Shown here: positions 1 through 14,415 of the stretch, in pieces
Numbering within the stretch: position 1 is the first letter of the stretch
Layout of the letters: the number at the start of each line of letters is the position of its first letter
Program-made: the position numbers and the translations under genes
The notes under the pieces: model-generated
What the model saw: only the letters and a program-made list of their open reading frames with translations
Databases searched by the model: none
Told to the model about the DNA's origin: nothing
Source of the DNA: Octopus sinensis
Lineage: Eukaryota
Length of the DNA: 64,000 bases
Direction of reading: 5' to 3'
Assembly: GCF_006345805.1 (NCBI RefSeq)
Contig: NC_043020.1
Span: forward strand, 23,808,001-23,872,000

Positions 1-1614
1 AGCCCATGCCGTCCACCAGTACCTCCGTCGTGGGACGCTGGACAGACGGCCCGGTTGAGTTGCTCGGGGTCTGGTTCGGTCCGGACCTCCAAATGGAGAA
101 GAACTGGAACGACATAACGAGTAGGGTGGTCACTCTCGCCCAGCAATGGGCCGAGAGGAAACTGTCCCTAAAAGGTCGGGCGGAGGTGGCGAACACGTAC
201 ATCGCGTCCGTCATCTACTACCTTGTCCCGACCCTACCATCACCAAACTAGAACGCATTCTCTTCCCCTTCTTGTGGAAAGGATGCGTCCCGATGGTCAG
301 GCGATCCATTTGCTGTCAACACCCGTTAAAAGGAGGGCTGGGTATGCCATGGTTGATGATGCGCAGACACGCGCTGAGACTGCGACATCTCCGGCTCTAT
401 GTAGACGACGGTGAACAGGTGTGGTCGCCGTTTGTGAGACACGCGTTCCCGCAGCTCGTCTCCATGACCGAACTGCAGTCGTGGATCAAAAAGAGGCCGA
501 GGAAGGGCGAATGGCACCGCGAGTGTCGCGTTGCTCTCAAGCAACTCTGCCGTCCCGGGTCGACCTTGAGTGACTTCAATACAACCAAAGCATTCTATAG
601 GGGATTAGTGGAGGGGAGGTACGACGACGATCTTGGGCAAACCTGGGCGTCGACGAGGAATACCTGACCCGCCTGTTTCAAACGAATTTCGGGCCGGGAC
701 CTATGGACAACTTCCAGAGATCCCTGGCCTGGCGGTGCTACCGAGAAGCGCTACCCGTTCGGGATAAGCTCTATAGGCATGGCTCGAGAAACACGGGGCC
801 GACCTGCCCGAGATGCGGGCAGAGCGACGAAACCGCTCTGCACGCAATCGTGCAGTGTCCAACAATCTCCGACCTGTGGGCTTATGTCGAACGACTGCTG
901 TCACGTGTGGGACGTGTCGATTTATCAGCCGAGTCTATCGTTAATATCGTCACGCCTCCTTCCTTCAAACGGGAAGGAAGAGCTATTTTTATCATACTTG
1001 TGGCTATGGCGAAAGAATGTATCTGGTGGACGCGTCTGAAAGGATTAGAAACAAACACTTTCCTCTCATGTCAATTTCTCATCAAATTCTTCAAGTACCA
1101 CTTGAAGAGGAAAGTGAGAGTATAGAGGCAAGTTTTGTCTAGTGAATGTTTTAAAAAAGATGGGTGAATGTAGCAAGGATGGCACGTATGAATGACGAAT
1201 CCACCTTGACTATGATTCTATGAACCGTAAAAATTAATACAGAGAGTTGCTTATTTGCAAAAAAGAAAAAAAGGAAGAAATATAACATGTGACTTCATTG
1301 ACCGAGGTTACCTTGGTCTTTTCCGTAGGCTTTTCTTTCCACGGGTAAACCTCACCTGTCCTCCCCTTTACACTTCATATTGACATTTCTGTGATAACGA
1401 TCCCTATTGATCAATTTTTTCCTTTCCCTTTTTTTCCTTACCTCCCCTTTTTTTTAATATTTTATTTTATCTCCACCTTTTTTTTGTCCTCTTTCTTTCC
1501 ATTTACGATCCCTTTTGATCGAAAATCAAACCTCCTTCTTTTACCCTCAAAAGAAAAGCTCTACCTTGTAATTTTGTCCTGTATGTGTGCAGCCCTGTGT
1601 GGCTAATAAAGAAA
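1..1614 (+). mobile_element. Tx1/L1-clade LINE, 3' part (copy 1; 5' end outside the window)
   Basis: Nearly identical to 41857-43526. Encodes post-RT region and C-terminal zinc finger CPRCGQSDETALHAIVQC (ORF 703-1125). 3' UTR ends GCCCTGTGTGGCTAATAAAGAAA, followed by (TATC)n. Confidence 0.92.
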
Positions 1615-1616
1615 CA

Positions 1617-2385
<769 letters not shown>

Positions 2386-2730
2386 TATGACTCCATCTTT
2401 CCACATGTCTATCCCATAAATGCATGTATCCGTGTGTGATATGATTAATGGATGTATCTAAAACACATCGATCTATTAATCTCCATGTTTACCTTCGGTG
2501 AGATAATGTATTTATATTTACAAAACTATTAAATGAGCATTGTCCTTTTTCTCGCCTCTGATAGACGGATTATTGGATTAATAATCCAGGAAAGCGATGC
2601 TGTAGGGAGATCAACAGCAACAACAACAACGACATGAGAACAACAACACAAATAGTGACGCCAATGCTGCTGCTGTCACAAGATGAAGGAGAAAGAGGAC
2701 AACAGCAACAACTGCTGCTGCTGCTACTAC

Positions 2731-2766
<36 letters not shown>

Positions 2767-2799
2767 TACAACTGCTGCTGCTACATCTACTCCAGCGTT

Positions 2800-2933
2800 C
2801 CACTGGTACTTTATTTATCGACCCCAAAAGGATGAAAGGCCAAGTCGAGGTTGAACTCAGAAGGCAGCGACAGGCGAATTGTGGCAAAGTATTTCGCCCA
2901 GTGAGCTTAGTGAATTTTCCAGCACGCCGCCTT
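2800..2933 (-). mobile_element. SINE family B, partial
   Basis: Reverse complement AGGCGGCG..TGAGTTCAA..GCCTTTCATCCTTTTGGGGTCGATAAA is shared with 36813-37046 and 60653-60858. Confidence 0.8.
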
Positions 2934-2938
2934 AGTTG

Positions 2939-2994
<56 letters not shown>

Positions 2995-2995
2995 C

Positions 2996-3207
2996 CGTTC
3001 TATTAAAGGCACAACATCTGGATTTTGTGGGAAGAGGCACAGTCGATCACATCGACCCCACCATTCAACTGGTACATGATTTATCAACCCCAAAAGGATG
3101 AAAGGCAAAGTAGATCTCGGTTGAATTGAACTCAGAACGTAGCGGCAGACATAATACTGCTAAACATTTTGCCCGGCGTGCTAACGACTCTGCCAGCTCA
3201 CCGCCTT
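2996..3207 (-). mobile_element. SINE family B with (ATT)n-type tail
   Basis: Same body as other family B copies with a B-box-like GAGTTCAA; 3' end ...GTTGTGCCTTTAATAGAACGG(ATT)n on the minus strand. Confidence 0.82.
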
Positions 3208-3227
3208 AGTTGATAATAAAAATAATG

Positions 3228-3266
<39 letters not shown>

Positions 3267-3284
3267 ATAATAATAATAATAATA

Positions 3285-3515
3285 CACACGGCCCAATAGG
3301 GTATGCCAATACACAAAGATTGAGGAATTAAGGCCAATAGGCCGGATAAAGCTGCCAGAGATCACCAGGGAAAAAATGCTTTCTAATCGATGTCTCACCG
3401 CATACCTGAAACAGTGAAAATAAGAGCATGACAACAAACCACAGCATATACCCAACACACACAGAAACACTGCGCTCGGTAGTGCAGTGAAAGCAGGATA
3501 GAAATAGGACTACTG
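3285..3515 (+). mobile_element. R4/Dong-type (restriction-like endonuclease) non-LTR fragment in (AAT)n
   Basis: From 3303 it reads MPIHKD*GIKANRPDKAARDHQ, then after a frameshift KKCFLIDVSP, matching the RPD..LID nuclease motif. A short 3' UTR follows. (AAT)n lies on both sides. Confidence 0.7.
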
Positions 3516-3539
3516 AATAATAATAATAATAATAATAAT

Positions 3540-3579
<40 letters not shown>

Positions 3580-3599
3580 TTAATGTTAATAATAATAAT

Positions 3600-3636
<37 letters not shown>

Positions 3637-3704
3637 TAATAATAATAATAATATTAATAATAATAATAATAATAATAATAATGTTAATGTTATAATAATA
3701 ATAT

Positions 3705-3792
<88 letters not shown>

Positions 3793-3938
3793 TTAATAAT
3801 AATAATAATAATAATATTAATAATAATAATAATAATATTAATAATAATAATATAATAATAATAATATAATAATAATAATAATAATGATAATAATATTAAT
3901 AATAATAATAATATAATATTAATAATAATAATAATAAT

Positions 3939-3969
<31 letters not shown>

Positions 3970-4058
3970 TTAATAATAATAATAATAATAATAAATAATA
4001 AAATAATATTAATAATAATAATATAATAATAATAATAATAATAAATAATAATAATAAT

Positions 4059-4098
<40 letters not shown>

Positions 4099-4101
4099 TT
4101 A

Positions 4102-4145
<44 letters not shown>

Positions 4146-4156
4146 TTAATAATAAT

Positions 4157-4187
<31 letters not shown>

Positions 4188-4316
4188 ATAATAATAATAA
4201 TAATAAATAATAATATAATAATAATAATAATATTAATAATAATAATAATAATAATATTAATAATAATAATAATAATATAATTAATAATAATAATAATAAA
4301 TAATAATAATAATAAT

Positions 4317-4380
<64 letters not shown>

Positions 4381-4441
4381 TAATATATAATAATATAATA
4401 ATAATAATAATATTAATAATAATATAATAATAATAATAATA

Positions 4442-4477
<36 letters not shown>

Positions 4478-4689
4478 CCGTTCTACTAAAGCACAACATC
4501 TGGATTTTGTGGGAAGAGGCACAGTCGATCACATCGACCCCACCATTCAACTGGTACATGATTTATCAACCCCAAAAGGATGAAAGGCAAAGTAGATCTC
4601 GGTTGAATTGAACTCAGAACGTAGCGGCAGACATAATACTGCTAAACATTTTGCCCGGCGTGCTAACGACTCTGCCAGCTCACCGCCTT
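4478..4689 (-). mobile_element. SINE family B, duplicate of 2996-3207
   Basis: Essentially identical to 2996-3207, including the flank TTAGTTGATAATAAAAATAATG(CTA)n. Confidence 0.85.
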
Positions 4690-4708
4690 AGTTGATAATA
4701 AAATAATG

Positions 4709-4768
<60 letters not shown>

Positions 4769-4811
4769 ATAATAATAATAATAATATAATGTTAATGTTA
4801 ATAATAATAAT

Positions 4812-4863
<52 letters not shown>

Positions 4864-4947
4864 TTAATCATAATAATAATAATAATATAATAATGTTAAT
4901 GTTAATAATAATAATATTAATAATAATAATAATAATAATAATATAAT

Positions 4948-5012
<65 letters not shown>

Positions 5013-5049
5013 TAATAATAATATAATAATGTTAATGTTAATAATAATA

Positions 5050-5116
<67 letters not shown>

Positions 5117-5121
5117 TAATA

Positions 5122-5162
<41 letters not shown>

Positions 5163-5188
5163 TAATAATAATAATAATAATTAATAAT

Positions 5189-5228
<40 letters not shown>

Positions 5229-5238
5229 TAATAATAAT

Positions 5239-5293
<55 letters not shown>

Positions 5294-5313
5294 TAATATT
5301 AATAATAATAATA

Positions 5314-5357
<44 letters not shown>

Positions 5358-5390
5358 TAATAATATATTAATAATAATAATAATAATAAT

Positions 5391-5437
<47 letters not shown>

Positions 5438-5446
5438 TTAATAATA

Positions 5447-5478
<32 letters not shown>

Positions 5479-5507
5479 TAATAATAATAATAAATAATAA
5501 TAATAAT

Positions 5508-5756
5508 CCTTAAACAACCCTTATTCAGGGACCGTTTGAGCGGGATGGGTTACTCAACCTGAAGAAAATTCTAACTGGGCCCCACCTACAAGGTCATGTG
5601 CTGTTTATCTTGATATGAGATCACCATGTCGCGCACATATGGTTGTGATGCATGTGCCTGGTGTACCTTTATCAGACGGGTAGTCATGATGGGTATATTG
5701 GGCTTCGTATATTTTACCCCAGTGTCACTTTGATGGCATGAACTGCTCTCTCACTC
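5508..5756 (+). mobile_element. Unclassified 249-bp insert in (AAT)n, probably the 3' end of a non-LTR element
   Basis: Complex sequence sharply bounded by AAT repeats on both sides; no ORF; family assignment is inference. Confidence 0.4.
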
Positions 5757-5768
5757 AATAATAATAAT

Positions 5769-5857
<89 letters not shown>

Positions 5858-5916
5858 GAATAATAATAATAATAATATATTAATAATAAAATAATAATAA
5901 TAATAATAATAATAAT

Positions 5917-5947
<31 letters not shown>

Positions 5948-5967
5948 ATATAATAATAATAATAATA

Positions 5968-6035
<68 letters not shown>

Positions 6036-6057
6036 ATAATAATAATAATAATAATAT

Positions 6058-6104
<47 letters not shown>

Positions 6105-6165
6105 TTAATAATAATATAATAATAAATAATAATATAATAATAATAATAATAATAATATAATAATA

Positions 6166-6213
<48 letters not shown>

Positions 6214-6224
6214 AAGGCCTGAAT

Positions 6225-6775
6225 ATTGTCGGTGGGTGGGGTGGGGGTCTATTCAATTACATCGATTCCGAACTTGTCTGGTACTCAATTCATTGACCCT
6301 GGAAAGATGAATAAGAAAAGTCGCCTGGATGAAATTTGAACCCGGACGTGACACCAGAAGAAATGCCGCAGATCATTTTGTCCGGCATACTAATGATTTC
6401 TGTTAGCTCATCGTCTTCATAATAACCACAACAACAACAACCGCAAAAGAGAGTTATGGTAAGGGAAGCAACAATAACAGCAGCAAGAACAATAACGACT
6501 CAACGAAGTCAACAATGACGATAGCAATAAGGTACGACTAGAGTAAAATATAAAAACAACAGCAGCAACAATAATGATTTCAAATCTTGGTAGGAGGCCA
6601 GCAATTCTGAGGAGAGTGGGGGATAGGTCGATTACGTCGACCCCAGTCTCCAACTGGTACGTAGTTTGTCGAGTCCGAAAGGATGAAAGGCAAAGTCGAC
6701 ACCAGCGGAATTTGAACTAAGAACGTAAAGACGGACGGAATTCACTGAAGCATGATTCTGCCAGCTCACCGTCTA
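6225..6775 (-). mobile_element. Two degenerate SINE family B copies (about 6225-6410 and 6590-6775)
   Basis: Contain GGATGAAAGGCAAAGTCGAC / GGAATTTGAAC / TGCCAGCTCACCG homology. Confidence 0.65.
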
Positions 6776-7033
6776 AGCAACAACAATACCAAAGAACAAC
6801 AACAATACGTGAACGATAACAACAGCAGTAGGAGAGCTGTAGGTATGGCGGCAGCAACAGCAGCAGCAGCAGCAACGACAACAGCGACCAGGTACAATTG
6901 AATGTACCAGAAAATATTAAATTACATTGAAGAATTTTCATTAACCATTTGGTAAATTCTTTTGGCATCAACTACCTCATCTGCTCCAGATACATTATAT
7001 TCATAGATACATACGTATATGTATGTATGCATG

Positions 7034-7071
<38 letters not shown>

Positions 7072-7081
7072 ATATATATAT

Positions 7082-7651
7082 AGGGAGAATTCACAAAAAA
7101 GACAAAAGACGAAGACAGGTGGTGCAGACAACAAACAGATGTATTAGTAAAACGCTCGGGAAGCGAAACAGTCTTTAACGTTTTGAGCCTACGCTCTTCC
7201 ACAGAAAGAAACACAGAAAGAAACAAGGAGAGAAGATAAAGAATGTGTAGTAGCTAGTAATCTATCATGGCGAATATATATATATATTGCTCGAAATGAG
7301 GAGTAGATAGACAGTCAATAACTGATGAAGGGTCGTTGTTTGTGTTACTTGTTATGTTTCCCATTTTTTCTCCAGACTGCGCATTTAACTCATTTGTTTT
7401 CGTATTTCATGTTACTGTTGGTAACGTCCTGTACCCTATATGCATACACCCCACTCCACACACATATATATATAGATCGTTAGCTCCTACACGCATTTTT
7501 TCTCTGCTTGTTTCTTTTCTGTGTATCTTTCTGTTGAAGAGCGTAGGCTCGAAACGTAAAATACTTTTCTATTCCTGAGCGCTATACTAATACATTTGTT
7601 TGTTTGTACTCCATCTACCTTCGTCTTTTGTTTATTTTCGTAAACTTTCCC
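7082..7651. mobile_element. Inverted pair of Penelope-type terminal-repeat units (7082-7275 minus, 7475-7651 plus) carrying CUGUNGA HHR-like motifs
   Basis: The two arms are diverged reverse complements, flanked by (TA)n. Same family as the units attached to the GIY-YIG fragment at 49231-50854. Confidence 0.65.
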
Positions 7652-8004
7652 TTTATATATATATATATATATATATATAAATACATGCATATATACATAT
7701 ATATAAATACATACATATATACATATACACATACACACGCATATATACATATATACGCAGGGTTTGAAACGTAGACTCTGATGTCTTTACACGGAATCGA
7801 TTCCTCGAGGTAAAGAATGGCTATAAGAGGGATCAAGTTGAGCAGATATAGAGGCAAATTATGCGGATAAACGAATTGGATTTATTAAATATAATAGTTT
7901 GAGCATGAAACACATATATGTATATATGTATATATGAAAGACGAGAGAATTCAGAAAATGGAGACTTTCAGACAATGAATATTTAAGTATAAATATATAC
8001 AGAT

Positions 8005-8460
8005 ATTAGAAATATTGAATTTCTAAATGTCTCAGAGAGACATAAGCGGTGGTGAAGCGATATAGTGGTCGTATACTGTCAACTCAATGTGACAGTCCCG
8101 TAAGGGAATTGCACCACCGCCATTTAGCCCTAGGAAACATCTACGTCTCCTGTCGGCTTTGACACATTTTCTGCGTCCTTATATTTGCAAAGGGGAAGCA
8201 ATCACCCCCGCAACCTGAAGACATATGTTTCTGAGTCTATTGCTCGTCGTCAGTTCAGGGTAGCTTGTCTCGCTCGCTGAGATGACTGCAACCCTTTCGC
8301 AAATATATCATATTATCAGTAAAATTTATTTACTGATCACCGAAATTAGAAATATTGAATTTCTAAATGTCTCAGAGAGACATAAGAGTGGTGGAGCGAT
8401 ATAGTGGTCGTATACTGTCAACTCAATGTGACAGTCCCGTGAGGGAATTACACCACCGCC
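8005..8460 (-). mobile_element. About 340-bp HHR-bearing unit with about 116-bp terminal redundancy
   Basis: 8005-8121 is repeated at 8345-8460, with an HHR between the repeats. Confidence 0.7.
8214..8259 (-). ncRNA. Type I hammerhead ribozyme, C3-G8 core
   Basis: Reverse complement: CCTGAA-CTGACGA-C-GAG CAATAGA CTC-A-GAAA-CATATG-TC^TTCAGG. Stem I is 6 bp, helix III is the palindrome ACATATGT, cleavage triplet GUC. Confidence 0.75.
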
Positions 8461-8728
8461 TTTTTATATATTAATAGATCCAACTCACAAAGAGTACAAA
8501 CGACAGAAAAAAATTAAAGGAGTGGAAGAAATGTGTTATAAGCTGGGAGCTTGGAGATTCATGATAATGTTGGTAGATGCTGTTGCCCATGATATGCGGC
8601 CGTAATGGATGCAGTCGACATTGAATAAGATGAGCCTCCATCATCAGAGAGAAGTTCTCACATTTCAGGTCTTAATACAGAGAAGTACAGGGATGGAATT
8701 AGACAGACACAGACACAGACACACACAT

Positions 8729-8766
<38 letters not shown>

Positions 8767-8976
8767 TCACGCATACACACACAAACATACACACACAAAC
8801 ATACACATACATATTCACGCATACATACACACGTATATGGTCGTGGTCATCGTGGTTATCATCGTCACCGTCGTCGTCATTATCACCGTCACCGTCGTTG
8901 TCCTCATCGCAAACGCCAAGGCTGTCACCACCGCTGTCGCCAATATTGTCGCTATACGCAATTTAAAACCAGTCAG

Positions 8977-9015
<39 letters not shown>

Positions 9016-9016
9016 A

Positions 9017-9370
9017 GGCGTAGGAGTGGCTGTATGGTAAGTAGCTTGCTTACGAACCACATGGTTCCGGGTTCAGTCCCACTGCGTAGCACCTTGTGAG
9101 TGGATTTGGTAGACGGAAACTGAAAGAAACCCGTCGTATATATGTATGTAGATAAGTATGTGTGTGTATATGTTTGTGGTTCTGTGTTTGTCCCCCCACC
9201 ATCGCTTGACAACCGATGCTGGTGTGTTTAAGTCCCCGTAACTTAGAGGTTCGGCAAAAGAGACCGATAGAATAAGTACTAGGCTTACAAAGAATAGTTC
9301 TGGGGTCGATTTGCTGGAGCATGGCCACAGTCAAATGACTCAAACAAGTAAAAGAGTAAAAAGAGTAAAT
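9017..9370 (+). mobile_element. tRNA-derived SINE family A
   Basis: A-box-like TGGCTGTATGG, B-box-like GGTTCAGTCCC, body GTGAGTGGATTTGGTAGACGGAAACTGAAAGAA, tail GTAAAAGAGTAAA. Confidence 0.85.
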
Positions 9371-9381
9371 AGCAATATATA

Positions 9382-9412
<31 letters not shown>

Positions 9413-9423
9413 AATCTTCGTCT

Positions 9424-9509
<86 letters not shown>

Positions 9510-9522
9510 ATGTGTATGTATG

Positions 9523-9575
<53 letters not shown>

Positions 9576-9584
9576 AGACGAAGA

Positions 9585-9745
9585 CGAGCTTCTTTCGGTT
9601 TCCATCTACCGAATTCACTGACAAGGTTTGGTCTGCCCCAGGCTGTAGAAGAAGAGACCTGCTCAAAGTGCCACACAGTAAGACTGAACCCGGAACCATG
9701 TGATTAAGAAGCAAGCTTCTTAGTACACAGCAACGCCTGAGTCTG
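9585..9745 (-). mobile_element. SINE family A, partial
   Basis: Reverse-complement homology to 9017-9140. Confidence 0.7.
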
Positions 9746-10736
9746 TTGTTAGAGTGTGTAAGCCAGTATGGGCGATTAATGATTGTGTAGGCATGGTGAG
9801 GATTATGGCCATGCTTAGCGTGTTGATCATATAATAGCGATTGTGTTTGTAGTGATCTATTATTGCATTTCCCGTGTTGTTGGTGCTGGAAATGTGGCGA
9901 CGGTGGTGATGGTGGTGATGGTGGTGATGGTGGTAGCGTTTGTAAAACAAAATGCATTTCCTCGCAATGAGCGTTATGTATGAAGGTGTTGATGGTGTGG
10001 TAGATGTTTTTATTGTAGTTATATTCGTGACTGTAGTGTTGATGTTGGTTACGATGTTACTAGTGGCTGTTGATGGTATGGGTGGTGGTAGAGGCAGTAA
10101 TTGTGTGATGAAGTGGTAGTGGCATTGGAGATGCTAATCCCCCTCTCTCTCTCTTTTGATGATAGAAGTGAAGATGGTGGGTTTCGTTGTTGTTGTTGTT
10201 ACTGTTGCTGCTGCTGTTGTTGCTGGTGGTTGGAATGGCGGCGGAAATAGTGATAATGGTGGCTGTAATAATCATTTTGGTAGAGTCAATATCTATAAGG
10301 AAGCATTATCACAATAACGGAGTTTGGGGGTGGGGAACTTAGCTCTGATAATTGCAATGATTGCAGCGACAATGATTCCTGGTGGTGGTAGTGGTTTTGG
10401 TGGGGATGGTGGTGGGGCAGGTGGCGGTGTTGGTGTTGGTGGTAGTGGTGGTAGTCGTGGCGGTGGCGGTGGTGGGGATGGTTGTGGTGGTAGTGGTGGT
10501 AGTCTTGGTGGTGGTGGTGATGGTTGTGGTGGTAGTAGTGGTGATAATAGTGGTGGTGGTGGTGGTGGTGGTGTTGGTTGTGTTCGTTGACGTCGTTGTG
10601 GTGCTGATGATGGAAGTCCTGTTGTTGCTGTTCGTGATAAGAATGACGATGATGATGATGATGATGGTTGTGCGCTGGATGCTGAATTTCGTGACACTAC
10701 ACCGCCCATAGATTACATTTCCAATATTAAGTATAT

Positions 10737-10796
<60 letters not shown>

Positions 10797-11170
10797 CATA
10801 CACGCACACACACACACACACACACGTATTTTCGATTCTGTCTTGGTCTCATATTATTGTTGCTTTTATCATGTCGTTATTAAGTTGCTTTTTTTCTATT
10901 AGTATTCTTATTTTGTCTTTAATATAATAATTTCTATAGAATTTTCTGGCAATGAAATATTTTGTCGTGTAAATGTAACGTTCACGGGATAAGGTTTGGT
11001 TTGGCATTAAATATTACGCCATTTATTCAATCTTTTCTTTCTTGGAGATTGTCTTGGAATTAAATATTCTCGCTTTCTTATTGCCTTTCTAAGAAATTGT
11101 CTAGCAATCAAATATATTTTGACTTATGTAGCTATGTATACATACATAGATATATACACACACATATGTA

Positions 11171-11233
<63 letters not shown>

Positions 11234-11324
11234 TCTGTTTTATCTATCTAACTACATACACACACGCTTATATATATATTCATATATATATATAAACATG
11301 TATATATACATATATATACCCACT

Positions 11325-11361
<37 letters not shown>

Positions 11362-11539
11362 ATATATATATATATATCCATAGGAATATTCATAGGAATA
11401 TACATACTCATCCATAAAACTATCTATCTACATACACACATACACACACATAACACATATAAACATATATATATATGTTCATATATATATATACATATAT
11501 CTACATATATGTAATTATATATATAACACACGCACACAA

Positions 11540-11597
<58 letters not shown>

Positions 11598-12261
11598 GAT
11601 ACATATATATACATACATACATAGGAATATACATGCTCATCCATCAAACACACCCATACACAGACATATTGTGCATGTAGATATATATTTACATACATAT
11701 ATGTATAAATACATGCATGCATGTATGCATACACATTTATACATACATACATACACACACAAAGACACAAATACACACGCACACACAGACACACGCACAC
11801 ACAGACACACAAACACACACACATCGTAGATTGTTTTGGAATCAAATATCTTAGCGAAACTTAAACGATATAGAATTTGTCCCACCGAAGCTAAAATTTC
11901 ATTTGCCAGACAATTTATATCCATAATCATGAATAACGCTACAGCATACAACCGACACCTCTACACAATCAGTGCCAGTAATAAGACTATCACCACCCTA
12001 TGCACTCCACCATTCTTATACTGACCACCACCACCGACTGTACTCTTATTACAATCGTTGGTATTCTGCGCCATGCACAAAGATCAACATTAATATCGTG
12101 TATAAAACGGGTCCCGGTGGGCCGCCGGCTATTTTGTTACCACTAGCTCCCATTACATCCCAAGAATCACTACGACCAACACTGCCTTACCACTTTTCAT
12201 ACTACAGCCAATACTGTCATCATGATGTTCAATGTTTAATGACGTGGACTGGCTGTGTATA

Positions 12262-12750
12262 GGCGCAGGCGTGGCTGTGTGGTTAAGAAGATTGCTTCCC
12301 AACCACATTGTTTCGGGTTCAGTCCCATCGCGTGGAACCTTGGGCAAGTGTCTTTTATTATTGCCTGCTGCTGTCCAAAGCCTTCTGAGGGTATTTGGTA
12401 TTTGGTAGACAAAACTCAAAGAAGCCGATCACGTGTGTGTGCGCTCGCACGCGCGTGTATATTTCTGTGTGTGTCTTTGTGTCTGTGTTTGTCTGTGTTT
12501 GTCCCCGTAACTTACCGGTTCGGCTAAAGAGTACCAGGTCCTTAAAAAATAAGCACTAGGGTTTATTCTTTCGACTAAAGTTCCTTAAGGCGGTGCCCCA
12601 GCATGGCCGAAGTCTAATGACTCAAACAAGTTAAAAAATGAAAAATAGAATCAAAATACTTATACAATGTATGTAGGGATGAAGGATAAATAAGTTTGCT
12701 GCAGTATGGCCGTAATCACATGACTGAAACAAGTAAAAGAATAAAAAGTA
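12262..12750 (+). mobile_element. SINE family A
   Basis: GGCGCAGGCGTGGCTGTGTGG..GGTTCAGTCCC..CCTTGGGCAAGTGTC; the 3' segment is duplicated. Confidence 0.85.
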
Positions 12751-12861
12751 AGAACGCCGGGCAAATAAAAATATATAGACAGCGTGATTGAATTGGAAGG
12801 AGTTCTCTTTGAAAGGCTGAAGAAAATATTTCATCAATGAATATATATATATATATATATT

Positions 12862-13620
12862 CAGGGTGCGTAAGGTATTTGAGGATGTACCTTTTTTGGG
12901 TCATTGCTGCATTTTTTGCTAACTCGGTGTAATCTTTGTTTCAGAAAATGATAATGGCAGACTCTCAGCTTACTCAAGATGTGAAGAGGCATGCTGTTAT
13001 TGTGGTTATAAAAGCTGAACATAGCGATTCAGAAATATCTAGATTTTTAAAAGTTGCCTGATCTTTCGTCTACGAAGTTTGTAAGGAGCTAGAGACTGAA
13101 GATGGGAACGTATCACCAGTATCAAAGCATAAAAAGCATTCTAAATGCTCTGAAATCATCAGAACACCTGAATTTATCGAGTTCAACAGATCATTGATTA
13201 CAATCCCAAGGAAGTCCATGAGGTCAATTGCAAAAGATCTCCATGAGTCAGATTTATGTTTATAAAAAACGGATATATAATATCAGATAACTTTATTTAT
13301 AAAAGAAAATGCTATGAGGATAAAAATGAACCTTCTTTTCTATAATGTTATTCAATAAAACCACCTTTAGCTTCAACAACTGCTTCTATATGAGATCTAA
13401 ATCATCTACATGCTCGAATCAAGTGGTCCTGGTTCATTTTGGACATTACTCTGACTATGGCAGCTTTCAAAGAATCTTTGGTGTTATGGGTGTGTTCATT
13501 GACCCCTCTCTCAACAATGCTCCACATGTAATAGTCCACTGGATTGAGTGTGGAGAGAGACAGAAATATGTTATGATCACGCATAGATTACGAAGCTCTT
13601 ATTGTCATCAAAATTAATAT
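12862..13620. mobile_element. Rearranged Tc1/mariner-superfamily transposon remnant
   Basis: Left TIR-like CAGGGTGCGTAAGGTATTTGAGG. N-terminal transposase on plus (12948-13250, ..EIIRTPEF..SMRSIAKDL). C-terminal part on minus (13251-13620, LNPVDYYMW..HLIRACR*FRSHIEAVVEAKGGFIE*). Confidence 0.8.
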
Positions 13621-14249
13621 GATCAAAGAGTCTTAAGATGTTTTTATTTCCTTTACTTAATGTAATCATTTGGTTATTGTAATCAAAACGTTTATGCCCT
13701 AAAGTTATCCCAAGAAGCATTTCCTCGATTTTCGATACACGCACACTCACACACGCACGCTCTCTCTTTCTCTCTCACACACCCTCGCAAACACACATAC
13801 GCAGACACAAATATGTGTATGTCGTTCATAACTCCATTATTCAGGTGATGCAGTGACAGCCCCTCTAAATAGTTCTACAAGATAAAGTTCTCCCCGGATA
13901 ATATAATCATTATCAGTTTCCTGTGTCTGAATACAAAGCTGATGGTCATGACTGGAGAGCTTTTTAACTATAGATCTCATGTATTAACCTGGCATAGATC
14001 TGAACAACAACATGGTAAGATGAAATGTTTTCTGACGGCGGGTCGTGTCTCACTCCGTTTACATTCTGACCTCAACAACCTTAAACTGATGGACACCTAA
14101 AGCAGAAACGTCGCCCCATTCGGCGTCCCATGGCAGGCTTTTTATACATCAATTACGGGTGGACATTTAGTGGGGTGCATTATAAGAATGTGGATGGTAC
14201 AGGAGCCTATGATGATATTCATGATGACGGTGACGACGACGACGACGAC

Positions 14250-14280
<31 letters not shown>

Positions 14281-14287
14281 GTAATGG

Positions 14288-14325
<38 letters not shown>

Positions 14326-14373
14326 GTAATGGCGATTATGATGGTAATGGTCATTATGATATGCCACAATTAC

Positions 14374-14415
<42 letters not shown>

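Larger units (their letters stand above)
3516..6211. repeat. Long imperfect (AAT)n arrays interrupted by inserts
   Basis: Direct reading of the sequence. Confidence 0.97.

Noticed and set aside
7290-7335. GCTCGAAA...CTGATGAAGGGT as a type II hammerhead
   Set aside because: Stem II relies on wobble pairs and stems I and III cannot be formed convincingly.
9017-9090. tRNA gene
   Set aside because: The A and B boxes are SINE heads; no cloverleaf can be formed and the SINE body follows.
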